DNA of 63,325 nt, counting the filler, from Folioceros fuciformis (Eukaryota): the NCBI GenBank assembly GCA_049999805.1. It is 14 parts of 14 records of this genome, joined end to end, with 100 filler letters (N's around TTAATTAATTAA, not from the genome) between each part and the next. Parts side by side here need not be neighbours in the genome. Positions count along the whole stretch, not along the records: positions 30,265 to 39,156 come from JBNGIO010001956.1; positions 39,257 to 43,378 come from JBNGIO010001958.1; positions 43,479 to 48,237 come from JBNGIO010001959.1; positions 48,338 to 53,859 come from JBNGIO010001960.1; 10 more parts are not named here. One strand, given 5' to 3'. Shown one piece after another: positions 37,798 through 49,824 of this stretch (position 1 is its first letter; each line of letters opens with the position of its first letter). The translations under genes and the position numbers were made by a program. A model generated the notes under the pieces. That model saw nothing but the letters and a program-made list of their open reading frames with translations, ran no database searches and was not told the DNA's origin.

Positions 37798-39812
37798 CAT
37801 TCCTTCTTTTGTGTCCAATAATTCTCGGAAACTTTAGCCTACGTCCATATCTACATCCAAAAGGAACGCGTGTTGCATTATTGGACTGGAATGCAGCTCA
37901 CGCATACCAGGCCTCTTTATGGGTGTCTCGACTTGTGAGCTGCAACGCATTATGATATCAGGTAAACCATTGTCATCACTCCAGGCCTGGAATTCATGAT
38001 TGCTTGCTTCTTACTCGTAGGCTGTCGCCCGTTTGTCAGATATCTGATCCCTATGCATCTGATACTTCACTTGTGTTACTATGTATGTACTTACTGTATG
38101 TTTCTTCAGTGAATAGTACTGTATCTCGGCGATCTCACACCTTCCTCATGATTTGGTAGATGTGCAGTGAGTGAGTTCTTACATATTTACCTGTCAGAAG
38201 GGGATGTTTTTAAGCATGCCATATTTAGTAGCAGTAATGGTGTCCAATTGTGTACACATTCCAGAGAGTATGGGTGCCATCCCACATCATTAAATGCGAG
38301 ATCAGACTGGAAAAATTGAGTCAGGAGCCTGGCCTATTATAGCCAGCCTTGAACTCTCGGTCAGAACATCTGGCAAGGCAGTGCTCGTGTTACAGGTCTT
38401 CATGTGTACTGCAAGCTCGACCGCGACTGAAGGGGCCTAATTACGGCATTACGTGCGGCAACACGCGGGTCCAGAAAGGAAAAAAGGGGGAGACGGGAGA
38501 AAGAACACCCGCGGATTGGCCGCCCGGAGACGCGCCCCTCCGTTTTACACCTTGAAACGGGGCGGCTCGAGAGGCCCCGTTCTAGCCGGTGGGTGGCTCC
38601 TTCAACGCGGGGAAGCCGCGTGGTTTGGGACCGGGCCCACCGCCCATCACCAGCTTCCGGGGCACGCTCCTTGCGCGCCCCGTTTGGCACTAGTTTGGTG
38701 TATAGTGCTGACTAGGGTTCGACCAGGAGGAGAGGAAGCGAGCGCCGCATGGTCGTGCAGCGTGACGTGCGGTGGAGGGAGAACCAGTTCTGCCGACCAC
38801 GGGTTCGAGCCGCATCTGATGACAGACACAGAGCCAGCTTGCTCCTTTAAGAGCGTGTTGCGTGCGGGCCCCTTCCGCCTGGAGCTAGTTCCGCTGATCT
38901 TGTCCCCGGCGGTGCTCTGGCCCCGGTGGTCCGCTCCGGCGCCGGTGGTCCGATCTTGCGGACCAGTGATTCCGCCGTGCACGGCACTGGTTGCTCTGGA
39001 GGTGACGCTGCCTCTGCGTCGCCTCACTCGGTCTGGTCCAAGGCTGGGAGCGTGTTTTCCCCGAGCTGCCTCGTCTTTGCTTTGATTTTGGTCGGCCTTG
39101 GACTTGCCGGGCTCCTGCTTTGTCCCGGTAACGGAGTGTTGGATAATGTGTTGAATNNNNNNNNNNNNNNNNNNNNNNNNNNNNNNNNNNNNNNNNNNNN
39201 TTAATTAATTAANNNNNNNNNNNNNNNNNNNNNNNNNNNNNNNNNNNNNNNNNNNNGGGATAAAGACGCAGAAGCCATCCCACGCCACTCACTGCAAGAG
39301 GCTGTGTGTGACACGGGAGGAGGAGAGCGTTGGGAGCCAAGGGCGAAGCGCGAAACGCGAAACCCAAACCGGCGAGGGAGGAGAGAGAAAAGGGCGGGTA
39401 TGTGTGAAGTAATTCCAGCATTTTACCGCAGATTTTAAATGGGTAGGGTCGTTTTGTGGTTGCCGACATTCCTGGCCTTGTGTTTGGAAGGGGATGGGTG
39501 GATTGTGGACAGAGGGGCAGGATCGTTGGGTGGTGTGCCTCACTGCGTGCCTGCTTTCTGCACTCCCTCCCCTCCCTCCCACCTCCCATCTCCCGCGCGC
39601 CAGAAAGGCAATGCGGAGCAGCGCTGTCTGCCCGAGCTCGGACTCTGCTCCCACGCGCCTGTGAGAACATCGGGGTCGGGGACGGGGTCGGAATCGGAGT
39701 CCGGCTCGGCTCCGGTTGAGGCCGCCGGGAGTGGGATCGACGCCAGCGGCGGGAGTCCTCTACCCGTCCTTGGCCTTGGCCTCGGCCTGGGGTTGGACCA
39801 GAGGACCGGAGG

Positions 39813-41873
39813 ATGGGAAGCCTCAGGGTGCTGATGCCCGGCACATTGCTGGGAAGCAGCGGCCAGGCAGAGGCATGGAGGGCCGAATTGAGCACTGCCC
39901 GGCCTGCGCTTCCGCGCAGGTGAAGGTTCCAGACGCATATGACAGCCTGCCGTGGCCTTGTTGTGGTTTGAATGAACATGGCGTGGACTGACTTAGCCTA
40001 TTCCTAGGGGCCCTTTGCTTGCAAGCTTCAAGAGAGGAAGCTGAAACAGTGGGGGTTGTGGCAGGGGCGGGAAGGGGAATGCCGGGGCTGTGAGATGCTG
40101 CGTGCGGGAGGCGGGTCCGGAGGACGTGGAAGAGGTTGAGGCGGGCGACAAGGGTGACCTCATCGGCCGCGAGGCCGTGTTGAGGAGAGGGGTGTTGTCT
40201 GCCGCCATGCTGGCCACCATGACCTGCGTGTGCACCGACGGGGCGGAGGCCGCAATTGCTCGCCACGCCGCCGTGGAGGCCCGGCGCCGTGAGTCCCTTC
40301 AGATGCAGACCCTGCAGGCGGCCAAGCGCGGGGGAACTCGCCGGGAGATAGGCAAGTCTGCCATCGGAACCGCGGAGTGGGAGTACGGCAATATCTGCGG
40401 GCCTGGTAGCTGGGGCTCCGTCTGCGCCGCGGGCCGCGTGCAGTCGCCGGTGAACTTCGAGTTGAACAAGGTGCAGAAGGGGGAGAAGACCATGCGTGAC
40501 CTGGTGTTCGACTACGGCCCCGTCTCTCCCACCTTCCTCAACACCGGGCACGGCACAATGCAGGTGAGTTTCACGCAACGGCAAGGTGACCCAGATTTCA
40601 TTTCAGACACCATGCTTTTTCCCTTCTCTTTTTCCTCAATGGTGAGGATGTGTGAGAGCAGAATTACATACCACCAACAGTGCCGTAGCTGGCGTTGGGA
40701 CGGACATTCCGGTGTCGGGCTTGGGTGATAACTGAAAAGCTGGCAGGTAAATTTTCCAGGTGGTCGCAACAAGCTGAAGATCGGCGACAGGACGCTGGAC
40801 CTGCTGCAGTTCCACTTCCACACGCCGTCTGAGCATTCCTTCAATGGGGTGCACCACTGCATGGAGGCTCACTTGGTGCACGGTGAGATGAGAGTCCTTG
40901 AAGACATCAGCCTTCCTCACGCGTGCTATCACTTGACTGACTGTTCCAGCCCTTGTTTGTCGTTGTTGCTGAAGGTGACCCTCAAACCAAGTCGCTGGCA
41001 GTGGTCGGGTATGTTGTCGACTGTAGATGCTGGCAGTCTGTCCTGTGGCAGTTGTAGGTAGGCCTCAGAGTTACAATGTGTGACGTGGATGTGGCCGTTG
41101 CCATCCTTGTGGGAGCAGGGTGCTGCTCGATGCCAAGAGCCGGGTCACCGCCAACAGGGCCCTGCAGGCTGCACTGGAGTATTCCCCCAAGGAGCATTAC
41201 AAGACTGCGTGAGTGAGGCGTATCTCTTCTGTCGCCGCCGTTTGTTAGTTGCGCTCTCGTTCAACAGCACTGACAGTGGATTGTTGCTGGTGTTGCAGAA
41301 AAGGACCGGATAATTTCAGTCTTTCGCCCGCCCTCCTCCTCCCGTCAGCAGGAAGAATCGTAAGTAGCTGTAGCTGTAGTGGAGAGAGCTTCAAGGGTGC
41401 TTAGGCTTGAGTGGGATGACACCCATGACGCTCGTCGCTTGCTTGGCATTGGCAGCGGAAGAAGCGGGGATACATGTTCTACCAGGGTTCCCTCACAACT
41501 CCTCCCTGCTCCGAGGGTGTGGAGTGGTACGTCATGGGTGAGTATCCCGTACCATGCCTCCCACTTCCCTTAATATCTTCCATCCGCCATGGCATCTGCT
41601 CCCAGGCACATGTGCACATGATTCCCACTCGCTTGTTTGCAGAAACACCGGTGAATATCTCCTATGCACAAGTGGTGGAGTTCATGAGATACGTCGGAGA
41701 CTCCAGAACTTTGGCCCTGAACACTGTTAGTCCATCCCTAAACCCTGTTGCCCATTGCTGCCCCTCTTTCCTTCCGTTCTTCCTGCGGGCTTACATCTGT
41801 ATTGAATGGCACGCAGAGGCCCGTCCAGCCCCTGGGCCAGCGAACGGTATTCAAGGGCCCGATAATGGCGTGA
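39813..41873 (+). CDS. CAH3: CAH3-like thylakoid-lumen alpha carbonic anhydrase, about 9 exons; first exon 39813-39919 tentative
   Basis: Transit peptide with Tat motif RRGVL..CVC..AEA; WEYG..GPGSW, QSPVN, LNTGHGTMQ|VNFP, zinc ligands LLQFHFHTPSEH and MEAHLVH, GSLTTPPCSEGVEW, EFMRYVGD..TLALNT|RPVQPL. Confidence 0.88.
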
Positions 41874-44045
41874 TATTCCAGCTCCCGCCAACCTACACGC
41901 TATAAGAAGCGTGGGAGTGTGCGAGAGCCGCTGAACCAGGTTCCAAGAATCAGAGGTGTCCGGCAGGACAAGGAACAAGAGGCGAGTGCAGCCCGAACCA
42001 CCGGACTCCACTGCCTTGCATGGGCCCCGCACCTGGCCCGGTTTCCGGCTGTATGTACACTCCTTCCCTAGCTGCCTGCGCCCCTGTAGGCTATGAGATC
42101 AGCGGCCCCGGATACTTTGCCACAACCACATCAGCATAATATAGAGGATATCCCTCCCTGAAGCTTTTCGCACGATTCGTCTACGCCTGTCAAGCATGTG
42201 TCTACCCCATCGCCTGTCAAACGCTCCCACCGAGGCCCAGTGCTTGGTATGCTGGACAAGATTGAAGCTCACGAAAGAACCGACTCCCTTCGCACTCCGC
42301 CTTCATGCATTTGCGGAGCGAATACCTGCACGTGGACAACACACCCTGCCCCTGTTCCCGTGGGTACAACAACGTTACCCTGCATCCAGTTCCCATGAAC
42401 CCGCCTAGGAACATGACAGGAGCCAATCGCTCTCCTTGTCAGACCACCCGTAGATAAGGATGCATGGTGCAAACACCGAGTTACTGTTCAAGTGCAAGGA
42501 ATGCAGGGCCAATGCTGAGCGCTTCCTTGGCTTCCAAGGTCTCCATCTCCATCGTCCATACGCGCTGTCGCCTCCCGCCCGTTGGCACCTCTCTTTCTCC
42601 GCGTTTCTCTTCTCCCTGTTTTTCTATCTTCCTCCAGCACCTTCGGTGCCCGCCTATCTCCCGGCTCGCCTTTTAATGGCAACTGCGGCCAGCAACAGCA
42701 GCGGCACTGCCGGCGGCCCTGGCCCAAGCCTCCTGTGGCACGCTGATCTCAACGTGTGTGTGTGCGAGCTGTCGTCTCTGGCTTCCCGTCCTCCTTTCCC
42801 CTTTCTTCCTTCTTCCTTCAGCCATCCTCGCGAGTGCCGGCCCCGTTCCGTTACTTCTTCCGCTACGTGGAGCGATCTCAGCCCAGGAGTGTAGGGTTTT
42901 GGTGCTCTCCCCCTCGCGCTCCCTCTCCCGTTGGCTCAGCATGTCGGAAAGGTAGAAACCCTCGCCCAGGGTCGGGGATGGCACATACGTCTGCCTCACC
43001 CTCCGTCGTAACGACGGTGACCTAATTTAGAGATGGCGTTAGAATTAGCGCTGTTGCGAAAGAGTATAAAATTGGGAGACAGCAAAATTTGCTCCCTCCT
43101 TTCGCATTCTGGGCTTTCGCTGGCGTGTCGCTCCACGCCAGGCCAGCCTTCCCCCACTTCCTCGCCCTTCCTTCCCTTTCCGTCCCTGCCCGCCTGCGGA
43201 TGCCCTTAGCGCGGCTGCGCCTGCGTCGGCCCTCCTCTGGCCCCCATTCAACACAGCTTCTGCCAATTACGTCTCTTGTAGCGGCAAATTCCCTGCTGGC
43301 CGCCGCGCTGGGCGCCTGGATCCCGCCTCCTGCCGCTGCTTGCTGCCACTAAGCCTATTGCTGCTGCCTCACTGCCCCNNNNNNNNNNNNNNNNNNNNNN
43401 NNNNNNNNNNNNNNNNNNNNNNTTAATTAATTAANNNNNNNNNNNNNNNNNNNNNNNNNNNNNNNNNNNNNNNNNNNNCCCCGGACCTACATCGAAGCAA
43501 AATCAAGCGCTTCACAGCACGCACAGACGCTTCCACCACCGCCACATCTAATACCAATTGTTTCAAGTTTAGAATTCTGCAACCAAGTTCCGCAATGGAA
43601 GGTTATTTTGCAGACCCTCTACAAAAAGCTCTTACATTTTCTTTTTCTTAATTCCACACAAATATTGCACACCAAGGTCAAGATCCTATACCTATGACTT
43701 AGGTGGGCATGGCCCCATCACATTGTCTTTCTAAACTACTTTTATACCTCTAAGTCGAAGTTCCTCTTGGTCTTTGAAAACATCATCTTGTTCCATTAAA
43801 ATTACTTTATTATCTTCCGTGCAATTAAGCAAGCTTCCCTTCATGTCCAACTCCTATGTGTTTGCCGAGGTCTGCTGTCCTTCTAGAAGGATTTTTCTTG
43901 TCTCCATCTTTGCCCTTTGCAATCTAAGTGGCACAATCAAAATGTAGCTACTCATTAGGTCCGTTAATAGCCTCATTATAAGATTGAGGATATGGCCTCA
44001 CTTCTAGTATATGTAGGCTAGAAACATGAGCTTGATGTCAAAATT

Positions 44046-44480
44046 CTAGTGATTGATAAGGTGGCTCTGCCAATGAGCACGAGGATATTGCTCACGTGTG
44101 GGATATCTTGGTACAGGTACTTCAACAATCGGAGAAGGTGGCATATCAACATATGTAGAGCCATCCAGATCAGAATCAGCTGGAGGCTCCATGACTTCAG
44201 CTCCAGTAGGGGGGATATCGTCATCAGCATCAGCAACTTTCCAAGCAACCTCTCCCACTTGCTGAAAATCTGCAGCATCAACTAAATGATCACCAGACTC
44301 ACCATCAGATAAAGAGTAGTCTACGGGATCTGGGAGATCTGTAGAAGGGTGGCCAAGGTGATGATCAAGGGGTTGTACAGGTAGATCAAGTGCAACATCA
44401 ACCTCTGATGACCAGGTGTGTGATTATTGTTTGGAATTTTTAGTTTCAATGGAATCACCAGGAGCAGAATCGCACTCATA
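44046..44480 (-). mobile_element. Copia integrase-RT linker-like remnant
   Basis: Pro/acidic low-complexity stretch ending PRYPTRE. Confidence 0.4.
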
Positions 44481-44844
44481 TCTCGTGCATTGTCAAAATT
44501 GAAAGGACATGTATTAAAGAATATGGACAATTTTTTTTAAAAGTATGAGACCTTAGAACTTCCAAAAGAAATAAAGCTCATGGCAATTAGGATCAACAAA
44601 AAAAAGTGAAAAAAATACAAACAACCATAGTAGCTGTTAGCAAGGAGGGTGTTCAGAAAGCCTACAAAAATGCAAGGAAAGCCATGACTAAGTTTCCAAG
44701 GTATCAGGATAAACTATGCGTTGAGTTATTCCTTAAAAGGTTCATGGGTGTGAAGTTTTGTCGAATGCAGATGAGGAGAGCAACCGCAAGCCACATTGTC
44801 AATACCCTTTCAATTTTTGGTAAAGGATCTCAATTTGTTGCTCA

Positions 44845-44908
44845 ATTCTTCATCAAGGAGTTGTATTCGTCATCAATGGATGATGAATACAACTCCTTGA
44901 TGAAGAAT
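44845..44908. repeat. 30-bp foldback hairpin (1 mismatch, 4-nt loop) at the 5' breakpoint of a Copia RT
   Basis: attcttcatcaaggagttgtattcgtcatc-aatg-gatgatgaatacaactccttgatgaagaat. Confidence 0.9.
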
Positions 44909-46570
44909 AAAACTTGGGGGTTAACTGATCTTTCACTTGGCAGAAAACTGATTAGCTGTAAGTAGATCTTTAAGACTAAGCTAAAGGCTGATGGAACAAT
45001 AGCTAGATATAAATCACAATTGGTAGCCAAGCTGTTTAGTCAGACTCCTGGCATCGATTACGGGGGCACCTTCTCTCCGGTGGTCAAGCCTCTATCAGTG
45101 AGGATGCTTCTGGCCATAGCTGTTGAGTATGATCTTGAAGTCCACCAGATGGACGTTTGCACGACTATATTGCATGGGGAGCTCGAGGAGACCTTATACA
45201 TGCAACAGCTGGAGAGATTTATTGACAAGAAATGGCCTAAGAAAGTGTGCAAACTGCTCAAAACTATATATGGCTCAAAGCAAAGCCCTCGGGCCTGGTA
45301 CAAACATATCATGAAGTATGTAAAGCAGCTGAATTTTCTACAATCACCTATTGATAGTAATGTATTTTACCTGGCCCAAGGAGGGCTGTTTGTAATTTTG
45401 GCCCTTAATGTTGACGACTGTGTTCTCCTCAGCAACAACACTTCACAACTTAACAAGGTGAAGACCATGTTGCGTGCTGAATTTGAAATGACCGACCACT
45501 GTGATCTTCAATTTCGTCTGGGCATTCAGATCCTATGACATCGAGCTGCTGGTCAAATCATTCTACATCAAACCAAATATATAAAGAAGATCCTTAAGCG
45601 GTTTCATATAGACGAGTCCAAAGTTGCTACGACACCCTTAGCAGTGGGGAAGAAGTTGAGCATTGAGTAAGCCCCTTAAAGTGCAGCTGATTTGAAAGAC
45701 ATGTCTGCTATTCCTTATGCTGAGGTTCTCGAATGCTTGATATTCCTGGCTAATTGGACACGTCCGGATATTAGGTATAGTGTTAGCATGGTATCACAAT
45801 TCCTTAAGCAACCACGACGTGATCACTGGGCAGCAGTGAAGCATGTATGCCACTACATTAAGGAACTATTACCTATGGCCTACATTATTCAGCTAGTGAG
45901 AGAAATCGTTTGGTGCTTACCTCTTATGTTGATGCCCATTGGGCATCGTTTGTAGATACACGGAAGAGCCTTTCTGCCTATTGCTTCCTCTTAGTTGCTG
46001 GATCTGTTAGTTGGAGCTGTAAGAAACAGTCTTCCTTAGCCCTCTCCTCAACAGAAGCCGAGTATAAGGCAATAACAAACGCTTGCAAGGAGGCAGAATG
46101 GGAACGTTAGTTTTTGAAATCAGTAGATCAAACTCAATCACATCCTACTAATCTGTCATGTGATAACATGGGTGCTATAGCCTTAGTTGCTAATCCTAGG
46201 TTTCATGCTAGGACTAAACATAAAGAGCTCTATCACCATTACATAAGAGACGTAGCTAATAGAGGTGTTGCAGAAAGTTTTGTTCCTTAAATTCCTTGCA
46301 CAAGCAAGTCAGTATTGGTGGATGAAGCATACTGCTAAGATTCAGTCGCAAACTGACAAGGTTAAGTGGGAGAACTAATTCTTCCTAGAAACCTAACGAT
46401 TAGTAAAAGCTCCTTGTTTAAGTTTTTTAGGAAAAACTTGGCAATCCTCTGATCAAATCTTGTATCCTAGTCCTGTCTTTCACATTGGGTTCTCTCCTAT
46501 ATAAGATGTCTGTTGTAGATCTCATGTCCCTCTGTAAAGAAGTAAACCGAGCCTTTACATGCAACAATTT
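44877..46570 (+). mobile_element. Ty1/Copia RT-RNase H pseudogene with PPT (AAGTGGGAG about 46365) and probable 3' LTR
   Basis: MDDEYNSLMKNKTW, GIDY..TFSPVV, VHQMDV, YGSKQSPRAW, LNVDD, YVDAHWA, LSSTEAEY; several stops and frameshifts. Confidence 0.9.
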
Positions 46571-47356
46571 TAGAGGGATTAAGGACAAGTACACTACAGA
46601 AGAAAGGAAATTTTCAACTCAAAGCCTTCACCGGCAACACTAAGATCAACCTTCAGCTCCAGATTAGGTGCAGCAAGGTGTAGGTTTGTAGTGATGGGAG
46701 TAGCTAGAGAAGCATCATAATCGTCGTCGATTAGCAGGGGCAGCCATAGAACATTGCCCTCCTCTATGTTGTGCTGTGCTAGGGGGCCTATAGGAGCGTG
46801 CCCTCCTATATGTTGTGCTGTGGTAGTGCGGTGACCATTCCTTTCGCGACGGGCAAATTCATGCTTGTCCCTATGCCCTTCTCTTCGCACTCGCTTTTCC
46901 CTTCTCCATGGACCGGATCGTGTCCGGCTTGAGCGCCTCTGCTGCACTCATACTCGTTTGTTCAGGCTTGGGGTTTGAATTCATTTGGGAAACATGTTTT
47001 ATAAGGTTATGAGGCTCACGAGGTCTTCATGGGGTCATATGCTATCATGGCATAACAAACCCACATGGGCTCATGGCTCTTCACTTACTGGCTTGACCTA
47101 CTCGCGCTTACTTTGGTCTACCTACCTATCTACTTGCCATTATTTGCTAAGATGTACCACAAGGGTAATTTTTGGACATAACCTGCTTAGATTAAGTGAG
47201 AGTGTTAATAATTAGAGATTAGTTTAACCTAACATATTATTTATTTATAATTAATTTGATTAGCTAAGGAGCACAATACCAACTGTTTAAGACAATTTTG
47301 TGTATTCATAATTTAATTGCATTTTTTTTACTTGCAAATGTTTCTGCTATTACAAT

Positions 47357-47470
47357 TTATAAGAGATACTTGAAGGCAAAGTGGTCCTCATGAAACACTA
47401 CCTTACAAGCTAGAAGGTAGTGATGAAACTTCTTACAAGCATATATGATGCCCAAGGCATATTTCCTTCC
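47357..47470 (-). mobile_element. Ty3/Gypsy RNase H fragment
   Basis: ALGIIYACKKFHHYLL..KVVFHEDH.AFKYLL. Confidence 0.65.
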
Positions 47471-48337
47471 CACAACCTTATCAAGACACAATGAGACATG
47501 GCCAACACACAACACTCGTTCAAAGAGGAACAAGAGTGCGTAGATCAAGAGAAAGACATATCCTTTAAAATTAAAAGCTAAGGGCAAGCTCCTCAACCTC
47601 GACCACTGCACCTCATGATCCTACTAGACGTTGTGCAACACATACAGCCAGCATACGCTGCTTAGCTAAGCAAGAATAGACTAGAAGGGCTGACATAACG
47701 AACACAATTAAGAGCCAAGGGCCTCACCCTTGACCCTGGCCATTGCACCTGATGGTCCTACCAAATGCTGTGCAGTTGCAAATCCGATGTACACTGCTAG
47801 TTCTAAACCAAGCAGGGATAGACAAGGAGAGCAAGACATGACCATTTGAATCCTACAGGCTCAATCTATCTTACAGGAGCCTCTCTCTCTCCTACCTCAT
47901 TGAAGAAGAAGAAGGGTCAATAGCCAAAGGTAGGCTTGAAAACGGTAATTCCCAAAGCAAAACCGGGTTGAATACGAAGGTTGTCATGGTTGTTGGAGTC
48001 TAGCTCATGGGTGGCTAGACTATCCTTAGATGGTTCGATAGGTGAAGTAGCCGAATGACAACCTTGGGAAAAGTAGCAAAATTAGGAAAAGAAAAAAAAA
48101 AAGAGAGAAAGAAAAGAAAAGGAAAAGTAATGCGGAAGGGGAAACGGGATGGAGGACATAGGGTGGAAGAAGGCGCGCACGTGGCAAGGAGATGGTCAGA
48201 GCACGAGATAGAGGAGAATTGGCGGGATGGGGTGGAANNNNNNNNNNNNNNNNNNNNNNNNNNNNNNNNNNNNNNNNNNNNTTAATTAATTAANNNNNNN
48301 NNNNNNNNNNNNNNNNNNNNNNNNNNNNNNNNNNNNN

Positions 48338-48881
48338 CTCTACTTCTGACCAATGGGGCGCCGTCAAGGGCTGATCGAATCGGGCGCCTCTCCTCTCCAG
48401 ATTGCTGCCTGGATGGGGAAAACTCGGTGACAATCAAATCGTCGTCGCTCTCCCCCCAAGCAGAATTTCCAGTGGAATTGAGGCCGTCGGACAAATCCTT
48501 CTGGAGAGACGTGCTTGATTCTTCATGGCACCTTGAGGATGTCCTGCAAGGTGAGGAATTGGGCTGGGAATCAGCAAAAAAGCCAGAATGCCTACATCTT
48601 TCTTGCAATCTCCTTTGTAGTCGATTGTGGCGACTTGGAGATTGATCGGGTCCCAATTCACGATGATTTTGGGCCGCATCAAGCTGGGGAGTCCACCCTC
48701 TGTTATCCAAAGCTTGGATCAAAGCATCCAGGAAGTTGTCACCCAAGGATTGATAGTAGCGAGGTGCATTCTGCCATCCGAATCCCCGTGAATTCCTTCG
48801 CTGAATTGATTGCCCTTGAGCACGCTCCACATCGTCACCAAAGCGCCAAGAATGAGCAGCGTTGCGCCGATTTCTGGCCAT
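48338..48881 (-). CDS. Unknown ORF (MARNRRNAAH...), Ser-rich, truncated by gap; possibly element-encoded
   Basis: About 180 open codons from an ATG; no recognisable domain. Confidence 0.25.
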
Positions 48882-49396
48882 GTTGGTGTGTCGAAGCAAG
48901 TCTCGCTTGATATGGTTGCTGGATGAGGAGAAAAGCTTAGAAGAGCAATGTGTAAGAAGGAGCAAGGCTGAATGCCTTCCCCTAAACACAAAGCCATGCT
49001 TATAAACCTATGTAGAGAACCCTATCAAATCTCCTTTTCTTATTTTTTTTAAAAGGATAAACATGATAAAAATAGAAACATACTCTTCTATTTTTTTTTC
49101 ATATCTTCTAAAGGAAAAATTGTAGGACACAAAATCTAATCCTGATAAAATAGTGAGTCTAGATTTAGTGTAAGACATGGGTGAGCCCAAATACACAGTT
49201 GTAGGAAAGCGACGACAAAGATATTGTCATAACTTCCAATGGTGATCTTGTTATTCCAATCTGCTAACGAGAACGACGTATCTAATGCTTCTATCCATAA
49301 GCGAGCAGGTAGAGCTTCATGCGTCCATTGCTCACCTAGATAGTGATACATACGTAATCTAGCCATTGGACCTAGAGACCATGGTAAGAGCCTTGT

Positions 49397-49613
49397 GGCT
49401 TTGATACCAAGTTAGAATTGCATGTGGAGGCGTCTTAAGCAAAGATGCTATATTAAAAATTAAATTAAGTGTGTTCATAGGTGGGCTTTTATAGGTGGTC
49501 TTGTACGGGGTGTGTCCTTTCACTAGCCTAGCTAACTACCTATACTAATTGCTAGGTCTAGCTGACTAACCATATTGGTACAGAACCAACGTGGTCTGTT
49601 ATTATTTCTAACT
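49397..49613 (-). mobile_element. 5' LTR (49410-49613, AGTTAGAA...TTCTAACT) with tRNA-iMet primer-binding site (PBS)
   Basis: Minus strand reads ...TTCTAACT directly followed by TGGTATCAAAGCC; similar to the LTRs at 51626 and 58883. Confidence 0.8.
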
Positions 49614-49824
49614 GCTTCTTGTGAGTAGGTCCAAGTCTACAAGACCAAGATTGGGTTGAGGACCAACACCGGTTTTGCGAGCAGGTCCAAGCCTGCAAGA
49701 TCAAAGTCCTAGTAATTGCAAATTGTTTTTGCTACCCTTTAAAGACGTATTTTTCTCTAACGAGTGATCTAGTCGAAATATCATAATATTTCGACTGCTC
49801 GCTCTTCCATGAAAGCTCTTAAGG

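Noticed and set aside
38453-39156. GC-rich open frames on both strands
   Set aside because: No recognisable domain and truncated by a gap; cannot be assigned
26648-41873. Ascorbate oxidase, 4CL-like, STIG1, COMMD9 and CAH3 as a biosynthetic or functional cluster
   Set aside because: Unrelated compartments and pathways, and separated by gaps of unproven adjacency
44480-44840. Possible transposase fragment (CVELF...ASHIV)
   Set aside because: Too degenerate to support a SWIM/MuDR call by eye
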